Of a stretch of DNA of 64,000 nucleotides, positions 50,402-58,988 are shown in pieces; position 1 is the first letter of the stretch; each line of letters begins with the position of its first letter. Made by a program: the position numbers and the translations under genes. This DNA is from Pseudomonadota bacterium (lineage in GTDB: Bacteria; UBA10199; 2-02-FULL-44-16; DYJF01). The DNA lies in assembly GCA_043823065.1 (NCBI GenBank), contig JBDRBB010000023.1, positions 31,790-95,789 of the forward strand. Reading direction: 5' to 3'. Below the pieces are notes generated by a model. That model saw only the letters and a program-made list of their open reading frames with translations, searched no databases and was not told where the DNA came from.

Positions 50402-50719
50402 ATGATTAATGTAAGTCAAACAATAAGCAACCAACAATTAGCAATAAATTATGCTCAGGAATTGTCGTCAACTTTAAGAGGAGCAAAAGAGCATAATTCG
50501 CGTTTAGCCTACTTAGGTCTCATAAGCTTGGTGGAAGGTCGCGCTATTACCAATTCAATTGACAATTATCCAGACGAGACTTTTCCCGATCCCAGGTCTG
50601 AACCAGAACACCCAAACCCAAATGCTCCAACAATAAGCATATATAGACCATTAGATGATTTATTATTGCGCTTTGTTGATAGAATATTTTGCTCTACATT
50701 TCCCGATGCATGTATGTAA
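50402..50719 (+). CDS. short peptide, putative RiPP/signal precursor A2
   Basis: Paralog of 45093-45332; directly upstream of and overlapping an rSAM/SPASM gene. Confidence 0.75.
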   Translation: MINVSQTISNQQLAINYAQELSSTLRGAKEHNSRLAYLGLISLVEGRAITNSIDNYPDETFPDPRSEPEHPNPNAPTISIYRPLDDLLLRFVDRIFCSTFPDACM

Positions 50720-52083
50720 AATCTATTAACCATAAATTATATAAGATGAACATGACTAATTCACTATATAAAATTTCAACCTATTATCGCCCTTTTTATA
50801 GTTTAAATAAAAAAGAGGGCGTTATCTATCATTCGTTGTTGGGTAACGGATTAGTTGCTAGTACAAAACTGATTCGAATGCTAAATGATTTACGTTTTAA
50901 AACTAAAATAAAAAGCAAAGATCTCAATTTACCAGTTAATCTTCTTAATATCTTAAAACAAAGGCGCCTAATAATTAGTCATAATGAACACGAAAACACT
51001 TCATTTAATAAATTACCAGAAATAAACAATAATTGTATTTCTCATCTAAGGTTATGTCTTACAGATAACTGTAATATGAAATGCAGTTACTGTCATATGC
51101 AATGCCAACGTGGTTCTCCAAATATGTCGATTGATGTAGCTAGAATATCACTCTCATCTTATTATGCTTTACTTAAGCGGAATAAGATAAAAGGTAAGGT
51201 TACATTTTTTGGTGGTGAGCCTCTTTTAAATTGGGAGACATTGAAATATTCTATAGGTTGGATAAAAAAACATGACACAAATGGCGAATATATTAGTCAA
51301 ATATATATTGCGACCAATGGAACGTTGCTTACTAGTAGTATGGCTGAATTTTTACTAAAAAATAAAGTGACGGTTTCAATAAGTTTAGATGGCCTCGAAG
51401 ATAAGAATGATGAAATGAGGCGTATGCGAAATGATAGTGGCTCATTTCAATTTATCACAAAAGGTATAAATATATTGCAGGAAGTTGGCCATAAACAATT
51501 TTCACTTATTGCAGTTATTGGTAATCATAATATTGATTGTATCGAAGATATAATTTTATTTGCTCACAAAAAGGGAATTTCTCTTTCATTTCATAATGCA
51601 TTTGCTGAACCAAAAGCCATTTCATGGTCATATCCAGACTATCTCATGGTAGAACGTTTTTTTAGTGCAAGTAATTATGCAAAAAAATTAGGTATGCGTG
51701 TCCATGGTCCATGGCGATGGCCATTTGCCAAGGCTTTTGCGTTTAATCAAAATCCAATACATTGTTTAGCAAGTGGTAAGGAGTTTTCTATTACAGTCGA
51801 TGGAAAAATTAAGCCATGTCCAGGTTTTGATACTGATATGGGTAGTATCGATAATTTTGATCAAGTTTTTTCAAATCCTTTGTATGATAAGGTGTATAAA
51901 CGCCGAGCTCCTTTTCTAAAAGATTGCAAAGGCTGCGATCTTGAAGGGCTATGTGGTGGTGGTTGTATGGTAAATGCTAAAAAAAATCATAATGGAGATA
52001 TTTTTAGAAAGGACGATAGCTGTTATATCGTTAAATCGCTATTTATTAAGTTCATGAATGAATATGTAGATGGGCTGCAATAA
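50689..52083 (+). CDS. radical SAM/SPASM peptide maturase with probable N-terminal RRE (true start probably an ATG at 50710-50752)
   Basis: CNMKCSYC, FFGGEPLLN, ATNG, SISLDG; full SPASM HCLAS...KPCPG...CKGCDLEGLCGGGC...DSC. Confidence 0.92.
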   Translation: MLYISRCMYVKSINHKLYKMNMTNSLYKISTYYRPFYSLNKKEGVIYHSLLGNGLVASTKLIRMLNDLRFKTKIKSKDLNLPVNLLNILKQRRLIISHNEHENTSFNKLPEINNNCISHLRLCLTDNCNMKCSYCHMQCQRGSPNMSIDVARISLSSYYALLKRNKIKGKVTFFGGEPLLNWETLKYSIGWIKKHDTNGEYISQIYIATNGTLLTSSMAEFLLKNKVTVSISLDGLEDKNDEMRRMRNDSGSFQFITKGINILQEVGHKQFSLIAVIGNHNIDCIEDIILFAHKKGISLSFHNAFAEPKAISWSYPDYLMVERFFSASNYAKKLGMRVHGPWRWPFAKAFAFNQNPIHCLASGKEFSITVDGKIKPCPGFDTDMGSIDNFDQVFSNPLYDKVYKRRAPFLKDCKGCDLEGLCGGGCMVNAKKNHNGDIFRKDDSCYIVKSLFIKFMNEYVDGLQ

Positions 52084-52125
52084 TAAGGGGTTGCCGTTTA
52101 ACAAATGGTGAGAGGAGGTGATCAA

Positions 52126-52413
52126 ATGAAGTTTATTAGTCCAATTCATAGAGCGGAAGTACCTGATATTCAAGTGCGCGATATTGATCGTGATGAAAAA
52201 GAGCTTAGAAATACTATTGAGCAAAACATTAATCATGATCCAGAATTAATGCAAAATGCTTTGAGTGCCATAGTAGATGGAAATAGTGCTCAAATGCATG
52301 AAGTGATTGACCAAGTTGTTGGAAATGAGGACACCTATGTAAGGGTCACACATGTTGATATCGCGATTGGTCCAGGTTTTTGTGACTGCGATTGCGAATG
52401 TCCTGAAGCATAA
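52126..52413 (+). CDS. putative RiPP precursor B with C-terminal CDCDCEC
   Basis: AGGAGGTG RBS 5 nt before ATG; acidic leader; tail IAIGPGFCDCDCECPEA; lies between rSAM/SPASM and PqqD-like genes. Confidence 0.8.
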   Translation: MKFISPIHRAEVPDIQVRDIDRDEKELRNTIEQNINHDPELMQNALSAIVDGNSAQMHEVIDQVVGNEDTYVRVTHVDIAIGPGFCDCDCECPEA

Positions 52414-52434
52414 GATATTATATTTTAAATATTT

Positions 52435-52887
52435 ATGATGAACAGTAACAAACCACAATGTTTTTCTGGTAGCCCCATATTATCTTCCCGCGGGAGACAT
52501 TGTTCCGCAAAATTACAAAATGAGATAATAAGAGTAATTAAATCTCAGGGTAATACTGTAAATAATAAACAATTATTAAATCAACTTTTAGTTAGTTTTG
52601 AAAAGGCAAGGAAGTGGATTGTTGAGCTTAACTACAAAGAATTTTGGATCGATGGTGGTCATTCAGGTGTGATGTTACATCCATTTACTCACGTCCCAAT
52701 TTGGCTAAATGCAGTAGCGATTGAATATTGCCGTTTTTTTAATGGTCAACACACAGTGGAAAGAATATTGAATGAGATTCAAGGGGTTGATACGTTTGAT
52801 GAAGAAAAAGTTAAAGTTTTTTTTGAGTTTATATTGCTTTTAGAGGATTTAGATATGGTTACTATTAAGAGGAATAGATATGAGTGA
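52435..52887 (+). CDS. PqqD-family RiPP recognition element (RRE) protein
   Basis: C-terminal half VMLHP..VPIWLNAVAIEYCRFFNGQHTVERILNEI...FILLLEDLDMV follows the PqqD LN..A......DG..TV..I pattern. Confidence 0.7.
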   Translation: MMNSNKPQCFSGSPILSSRGRHCSAKLQNEIIRVIKSQGNTVNNKQLLNQLLVSFEKARKWIVELNYKEFWIDGGHSGVMLHPFTHVPIWLNAVAIEYCRFFNGQHTVERILNEIQGVDTFDEEKVKVFFEFILLLEDLDMVTIKRNRYE

Positions 52888-54262
52888 AAGAAACGACGTA
52901 TTATTGATTGAAGCCTCCCAGTGGATTTCTCCAACAAGGCCAAGCTATCATAAAAAAATGGGTCAATTTCCGCTGGGCCTAGGTTATATATCTGCAAATT
53001 TAGCAAGAGAGGGGGTGCAGAGTAGAATATTAGATCTTAATATGCTAGATATGAATGAACAATCTTTTACTGAATATCTATTAACACAACAGCCTAAAAT
53101 TATTGGACTGTCTTCAATGAGCGGAAATTATAGTAATGTGAAGAAATTGTCTCATATTATTAAATCAACATTAAAAAAAAGCTATATTGTTTGTGGGGGA
53201 ATTCATGCATCTTTGGTAAAAGAAAAAATACTTCAGGATTGTGCAGATATTGACTTTGTTATCACAGGAGAGGCGGAAGAGGTGTTTGGTTCATTTTGTA
53301 ACAAAATACTAAGTGGAAGAAAAATAAATGATATTCCAGGTATAATTTATTACAATAATGGAGAAATCAATTATGGACCAACTCCGCAATATCCTACAAA
53401 TTTAGATGAATTGCCATTGCCTAACTATGAAGCATCGTATGTGCCAGTGGCTGATTATTTTAAGGGATATAACTCTCAAAAGAAGACTTTGACTATGATT
53501 ACATCCAGAGGTTGTCCACATAATTGTCCATATTGCTCAACTACTGAGTTTCATGGACGTGCGTATCGTATGAGGTCAGTTAACTCAGTTATGTCTGAAA
53601 TAGATTTTCTAAAAAAAACTTTTGATATTGAGCAAATAACTTTTATTGATGATAGCTTTGCTTCAAACAAAAATCGTCTGAAAAAGATATGTTTTGCAAT
53701 ACGAAATATGTATCCAAAGTTATCATGGACGTGCTCATGTAGGCTTAATGATCTAAATGATGAAGTTTTAAAGCTTATGGCCATTTCAGGATGCACAAAA
53801 ATGTTTGTTGGTGTGGAATCTCTTTCAGATTCTATACAGTCTATGATTAGAAAAAGAATTCCATTAGCTAAGCTGGAAAATGTAATCGAAATTGCAAATA
53901 AGCTACATATACAATTAACGCTTGCTTTTATGCTTGGCTTTCCAGGAGAAACAAACGCAGATCGCAAACAGCTTATAGAATTTGTGGAAAAATATAGGTA
54001 TAAAGTAACTGATTGGCGTTTTTCACCGCTAACGATTTACCCTGGAACAACTTTTTGGAAAGAGGCTGATGATTATCAGATTGAATTGAATAATGTTAAT
54101 ATGGTTGATCCAGTTGGTTTACCAAAAAGCTATGTCTCTACTATATTGTGGACTGATTTATTGCAAGATTTGATACATCTGTATAGGCTTTCAATAGAAA
54201 GCCAGCTCAAGAATGGTAGTTTTTATAATATTATTTCTCCTTCGGTACAGCTACAGCAGTAG
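52880..54262 (+). CDS. cobalamin-dependent (class B) radical SAM enzyme
   Basis: PLGLGYISA, GGIHAS, GEAE (B12 domain); TSRGCPHNCPYC; FIDDSF; GVES; MLGFPGET. Confidence 0.93.
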   Translation: MSERNDVLLIEASQWISPTRPSYHKKMGQFPLGLGYISANLAREGVQSRILDLNMLDMNEQSFTEYLLTQQPKIIGLSSMSGNYSNVKKLSHIIKSTLKKSYIVCGGIHASLVKEKILQDCADIDFVITGEAEEVFGSFCNKILSGRKINDIPGIIYYNNGEINYGPTPQYPTNLDELPLPNYEASYVPVADYFKGYNSQKKTLTMITSRGCPHNCPYCSTTEFHGRAYRMRSVNSVMSEIDFLKKTFDIEQITFIDDSFASNKNRLKKICFAIRNMYPKLSWTCSCRLNDLNDEVLKLMAISGCTKMFVGVESLSDSIQSMIRKRIPLAKLENVIEIANKLHIQLTLAFMLGFPGETNADRKQLIEFVEKYRYKVTDWRFSPLTIYPGTTFWKEADDYQIELNNVNMVDPVGLPKSYVSTILWTDLLQDLIHLYRLSIESQLKNGSFYNIISPSVQLQQ

Positions 54263-54275
54263 GGAAAGGTGAAAA

Positions 54276-55238
54276 ATGAAAAAAAAGAGATGGATATTTT
54301 TTAGCATTTTTTTTGTTTTATTAATAGTCATCCCGGTTTGGGCTCAAACTATAAAGCTAGATATACCCGATACAATTGGAAGCGCTAAAAACAGTGTTGT
54401 ACGATTATATGTAGATAACAAACGAAGTAGCGCCGTTCGCATATCTTCTAAGTATATTCTCTCTGCAGCTCATTGTCTTTATGGATATGATGGGCAACGA
54501 GTTCCAAAACAAATATTTCTTAGCATCAATGGGAAGAGAATAGACTTGGAAGTAATTGAATCTGGGAAATTTAATCCCAATCGTGGGTATATGCAAGATT
54601 GGGTCTTGTTAGCTCCCAAGCAGGGTTCTATTCCTCAATCAATAGAAATTGCTAAAATTCCTATGCAAGAGAATCTGTCCAATGAGTTGAAAAATAAAGG
54701 TGAGTTTGGCGATTGGGGAAGTGGCGCTAAGATTTGGTCTATTTCATATCCAGGTATTGCTATTCGCCAATATCCTAGGCCCGGCGCGAATGGGAACGAG
54801 ATTTTTATCAGCTATGGCTATCTTAAAACAGATGAAGCATATAAGACATTTATAGTTTTTGAAGCAGTTAAGAATCAATTTGTTGATGAAATTTATAATC
54901 CTCCAGCAAAAAAGATTAAAATAAAATGGAAGAAAAAATGGAAATCGCTAAAAACTGATCGTAATTTTAAGTCAATCTATGAACTATACAACCTATATCA
55001 ACAAGATGGGGATCCTCTTCTCTATCATACCGCAGATTTTTCTAATGGAAGTAGTGGAGGTGGCTTTTTTTTAGATAAATCTGGTGCAATAATTGGAATT
55101 GTAGTTATGGACACTAACATAGATACACGACGTGGAATGAATCCTGGAGTTGGAAGCTTATATCGTATTGACGCAATATGTAAGCAATCAAAAAGCTTGG
55201 CAACTATTTGTAAGCAATATGGATACAAGATGAGGTGA
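54276..55238 (+). CDS. secreted trypsin-like (S1) serine protease
   Basis: Signal peptide ending VWA-Q; ILSAAHC (His), DWVLL (Asp), GSSGG (Ser). Confidence 0.88.
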   Translation: MKKKRWIFFSIFFVLLIVIPVWAQTIKLDIPDTIGSAKNSVVRLYVDNKRSSAVRISSKYILSAAHCLYGYDGQRVPKQIFLSINGKRIDLEVIESGKFNPNRGYMQDWVLLAPKQGSIPQSIEIAKIPMQENLSNELKNKGEFGDWGSGAKIWSISYPGIAIRQYPRPGANGNEIFISYGYLKTDEAYKTFIVFEAVKNQFVDEIYNPPAKKIKIKWKKKWKSLKTDRNFKSIYELYNLYQQDGDPLLYHTADFSNGSSGGGFFLDKSGAIIGIVVMDTNIDTRRGMNPGVGSLYRIDAICKQSKSLATICKQYGYKMR

Positions 55239-55272
55239 TGTTTTGCATAGGAAAGGCTAAGCTATTCAGTAT

Positions 55273-55413
55273 TGCATCAAATCTATACACCCCTGTCCAA
55301 AAATACAGCAATCTAAACACCTCTTAAAATAAAATCTCCTTACAAATCAACAAATCTACTGTTGGCACGTTGCTTGCTATATAGTTGGTCAAAAACAAAT
55401 AAAAGGAGACATT
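55273..55413 (+). promoter_or_regulatory. sigma-54 promoter cassette copy 3 (-24/-12 at 55362-55378)
   Basis: TTGGCACGTTGCTTGCT with the same enhancer palindrome and RBS. Confidence 0.9.
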
Positions 55414-55503
55414 ATGCTTAAGTTCCAAAAGAAAAATTGGGTTACTTGTTCAGCTTTATCTCAACAAGTGGACTTTTGGGAAGTATGCTGGCCCAAGGTA
55501 TAG
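55414..55503 (+). CDS. 29-aa sORF MLKFQKKNWVTCSALSQQVDFWEVCWPKV, or a fusion scar
   Basis: Perfect RBS-ATG from the cassette. The overlapping frame 55437-55664 looks like a membrane transporter C-terminal fragment. Confidence 0.35.
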   Translation: MLKFQKKNWVTCSALSQQVDFWEVCWPKV

Positions 55504-55778
55504 TGGGCATTCTTAATGTTATTATTAATGTTAACTATATAATAGTATTACTGGGGGTGCCATTTTTAGCTGTTTCATTGATTATGGCCGCAACAAGACG
55601 AAAAACTACCAATCTAAGCACCACAGGCTATACACATGATATCTTTACTAAAATTGAAAGATAAAAACAGAAACCAGCTCAGATCTCGGCTTAGCCATTG
55701 TTGGTGGTCTTGGTGTCATTTTGCGAGCATAGTGAACCAAACCTCCAGGCAGAGTTTAAAATAAAAACCACGTACGAT

Positions 55779-55867
55779 CCTCAAAGCCCCTTGACACACA
55801 CCCAGGGGGCCGTCCAATCCATTTTTAGCTACACAGAAGACACAATAAAAACTAATACAACTAACAG
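55779..55867 (+). repeat. about 90-bp direct repeat, copy B
   Basis: Matches 45612-45709. Confidence 0.85.
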
Positions 55868-55948
55868 CAGGCTCCTGAGAAACTGAAAAGGCAATTGGAT
55901 GGCAAGATATATCTTACCTTATTCTTATTGAAAATTTTGCCAAAATTA

Positions 55949-58171
55949 TTAGTGTTTATCTGAAGCAACACAAATAATTCGTAAAAGCATCTCTTTCTCT
56001 AGAGGCTGCTGCAAATAACCCGTGGCCCCGTTTGCTCTGGCTCTTGGCTCTTCATCACCAGCGCTATAACCAGAAGTAATATAAAAGGGTAGATCCTTGT
56101 TTTTAGCACGAACTATGTTCAAAAACTCATACCCATCGGGCTCATCAGGGCCAAGGTTAATATCTGAAATAATCACGTCTATTTTATCTTCTTCAAAGTA
56201 TTTCAGGGCCTTCTGAACATTAGTTGCCTCCAAAATTTCAACTTCTGTTGATTTGAGAAACATTCTAAAAGTTAGCAACATTGTTTCATCATCATTTAAT
56301 AGTAACACAGTTTTTTGACCAGCATTGCCTTTAAATTGCTGTGCTTGGTTAGAATGAGTAATGAGCGCAGTCGGGTTTATAAGCAATGCACCTGGTTTTG
56401 AAGGCAAATAAATTATAAACTTAGTTAATTCGTGAACGCTGCTTACTTCAATTTTTCCATTGTGTGCTTCTACAATTTTACTGCAAATAGAAAGACCCAG
56501 ACCAGTGCCGTTTTTCTTGCCTTTGGTAAAGAAAGGTTCAAACATTTTTTCCATAACCTCGCCTGGAATTTTTGGTCCATTATTAGCTATGGTCAATTTA
56601 AGCATTCCATCCACGTCCTTAGTTTGAATTACTAATTTAAATTTCTCCTTTGCCGCTTCAATGGCATTCACCATAATGTTGGTTAGAACGCGAATGATCT
56701 TATCAGCATCTGCCCACAAATAATTATGATGTTTCAGATCATATTCCACTTTCACATCAATATCATCTTTACTTCTAAAAGAATTGGTTATTGCACTGAT
56801 GATTATATTTTGGGGATCAAGTTTTTCAAATTCTAAGACCATATCCATTTGAGAGAATTCCAATATTTCAGAAAGAATAGAGTTGGCTTGGTTGATACTA
56901 GCATCTACATCTTGGGCAACTTTATCTAGCTTTTCTGGATCATCTTTAATCTCAGGCAAAATATTTAAAATCGCCTTCATCCCAGCCAACGGCCTGCGCA
57001 CATCATGGGCCACTAAAGCAGTTGTTTGGCCAATGGCGGCAAGCCTGTTTCTTTTGACCAATGTTGATAGTAAATTATTTGCTTGCCCAATCAGAGCATT
57101 ATAATGTTTTAAGATATCGTCTATTTCATAGATGTGGCTTAATTTATTTACAATTCTGAAGCGAAATTTATTCTCATACAAGTTCTTATCGAGAATAAAT
57201 TGATCCTTACTTTTAAACAACATTCGGCTAATATCCAAAATTTGAGTTGATAGATTTAGAGAAATTAAATTTGAAATTAACCAAATTACATAGGCAATGA
57301 GCAAGATATCAGCAAAGTCAAGGGCATTGCTAATCACTTCAATACCTATAAAATAAAGTGAAATCATAAACAGCATAATGCCAACCGTTATCGCTATGGC
57401 TAGAAGCGTTCTAACACTGATGAAGCTATTAACTAATTTCTTTTTATCAAGTAAATGTCCTTTAAATAATATAGAGATAAAAATCAGAGCTAAAGAAACA
57501 TCCCACATATGGGCGTGCCATGTGGCAGGACCACCCTCTAAATTTACAGAGCGGTACCTAATAGCAAAATCTGAAATACATAAAAGTAATAAACCTTGTA
57601 AGAAAAAATGGTGATAAGTTTTGTTAGTTCTGAGGATGATGGGTAGTGTAATACCAAATATAAATGCTTCACATATTCCATAAAAACTACTATTTATTTT
57701 ATAAAATAAAAGAGGCGCTGGGTTGCTGGTAAAATGAGGTATTAATATATATTCAAATGTTGCGTATGAAAAAGCAAGGCTGAATATAATAACCAAATAT
57801 AAGGTTAATTTATTTTTAAGAATGCACCATAAATCTATAATTAGATAGCCTAGTAAAAATGCAATAAATGCAGAATATAGCCCTTCACCAATAAAAACGC
57901 TTAATAATTCTCCTCTAAACGGGATGGGAATAGTGAGCGTATAAATTATATCTGCAAAAAAAACAGAAATAAATGATGCCAGCAGGAATATTTCATTATA
58001 ATTACTATTTTTTCTAATTATTCTGTAAAGTAAAATGCTGCAAATTGCTAATTCAGAAATATAGACATGAAATGTAGCGATTCTAAAATTATTGTTGAAA
58101 AAAAATGTCAAAAAGACATGTAATCCTAAGGGGATAGTGATATAACCGATTGCAAATGCCAGTTTTATCAT
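55949..58171 (-). CDS. multi-TM hybrid sensor histidine kinase / receiver
   Basis: About nine TMs; LAAIGQTTALVAHDVRRPL; NIMVNAIEA; GTGLGL; REC (IISDINL). Cytoplasmic part is paralogous to 48495-50240. Confidence 0.92.
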   Translation of the reverse strand: MIKLAFAIGYITIPLGLHVFLTFFFNNNFRIATFHVYISELAICSILLYRIIRKNSNYNEIFLLASFISVFFADIIYTLTIPIPFRGELLSVFIGEGLYSAFIAFLLGYLIIDLWCILKNKLTLYLVIIFSLAFSYATFEYILIPHFTSNPAPLLFYKINSSFYGICEAFIFGITLPIILRTNKTYHHFFLQGLLLLCISDFAIRYRSVNLEGGPATWHAHMWDVSLALIFISILFKGHLLDKKKLVNSFISVRTLLAIAITVGIMLFMISLYFIGIEVISNALDFADILLIAYVIWLISNLISLNLSTQILDISRMLFKSKDQFILDKNLYENKFRFRIVNKLSHIYEIDDILKHYNALIGQANNLLSTLVKRNRLAAIGQTTALVAHDVRRPLAGMKAILNILPEIKDDPEKLDKVAQDVDASINQANSILSEILEFSQMDMVLEFEKLDPQNIIISAITNSFRSKDDIDVKVEYDLKHHNYLWADADKIIRVLTNIMVNAIEAAKEKFKLVIQTKDVDGMLKLTIANNGPKIPGEVMEKMFEPFFTKGKKNGTGLGLSICSKIVEAHNGKIEVSSVHELTKFIIYLPSKPGALLINPTALITHSNQAQQFKGNAGQKTVLLLNDDETMLLTFRMFLKSTEVEILEATNVQKALKYFEEDKIDVIISDINLGPDEPDGYEFLNIVRAKNKDLPFYITSGYSAGDEEPRARANGATGYLQQPLEKEMLLRIICVASDKH

Positions 58172-58236
58172 AGCAATAAGTACTTAGTTATTATATACGT
58201 CTTTTCATACAATATTAACAGGTTAGGAGATTGTAA

Positions 58237-58815
58237 ATGGAGAAAATAATCAAATTAAATCCAGATCTTCGGGCTGAAAAAGACCCTCAGCTTGGCGAAT
58301 TTGTGCCTATAAAGACCCAGGTTTTTAATAAATTAAATATTAAGAAATCAGTTTTTTCCAAAGATGTTGGGCTGGGCGTATTTGCTGATGAAGATATTGT
58401 TCAAGATTCTGTAATAATGATTGGTGGAGGGCAGTTAGCTAGCACTGAAGATAAATTTCCCAAAGAAAAAGACTATGCTGGTATATTTAACGAAAAATAT
58501 TTTATGGCTCCTATAGATTTTGATTCACCAACACCAAACTGGCTAATGAATCATTCCTGTGAGCCAAACATCAAAATTATTGGTGGCCTCATTGTTGTTG
58601 CCTTAAGGGATATTAAAAAAGGTGAAGAACTAACCGTAGATTATGCAACTGTTATTGCAGGTGACTATGAGTGGCAGATGAAGTGTGAATGCGGTTTAAA
58701 AGAGTGCCGTAAAATAATCACCAATAATGATTGGAGAGACAAAAAACTATTCAAAAAATACTACCAAATGTGGGCCCCATTTATCCAAAAACGCGGCCAG
58801 TTGCTGTCATCCTGA
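58237..58815 (+). CDS. SET domain protein-lysine methyltransferase-like
   Basis: GLGVFA, MNHSCEPN, ALRDIKKGEELTVDY, post-SET CECGLKECR; AGGAG RBS. Confidence 0.92.
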   Translation: MEKIIKLNPDLRAEKDPQLGEFVPIKTQVFNKLNIKKSVFSKDVGLGVFADEDIVQDSVIMIGGGQLASTEDKFPKEKDYAGIFNEKYFMAPIDFDSPTPNWLMNHSCEPNIKIIGGLIVVALRDIKKGEELTVDYATVIAGDYEWQMKCECGLKECRKIITNNDWRDKKLFKKYYQMWAPFIQKRGQLLSS

Positions 58816-58870
58816 ACCGTAGGCAAAGGATCCCACAAGATACTAGATACGAAATACGTTTTTTTCATGT

Positions 58871-58981
58871 TGTAGTATTTCTGTACACCCCTGTCCAAAA
58901 ATACAGCAATCTAAACACCCCTTAAAATAAAAAATCCTTAGAAATCAACAAAACTGCTGTTGGCACGCTGCTTGCTATATC
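58871..58981 (+). promoter_or_regulatory. sigma-54 promoter cassette copy 4 (-24/-12 at 58960-58976), lacking the RBS segment
   Basis: Same enhancer palindrome and TTGGCACGCTGCTTGCT; diverges right after -12. Confidence 0.9.
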
Positions 58982-58988
58982 AGTAAGC

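Noticed and set aside
52126..52413. Selenocysteine-containing precursor
   Set aside because: The ORF ends in TAA and has no in-frame TGA.
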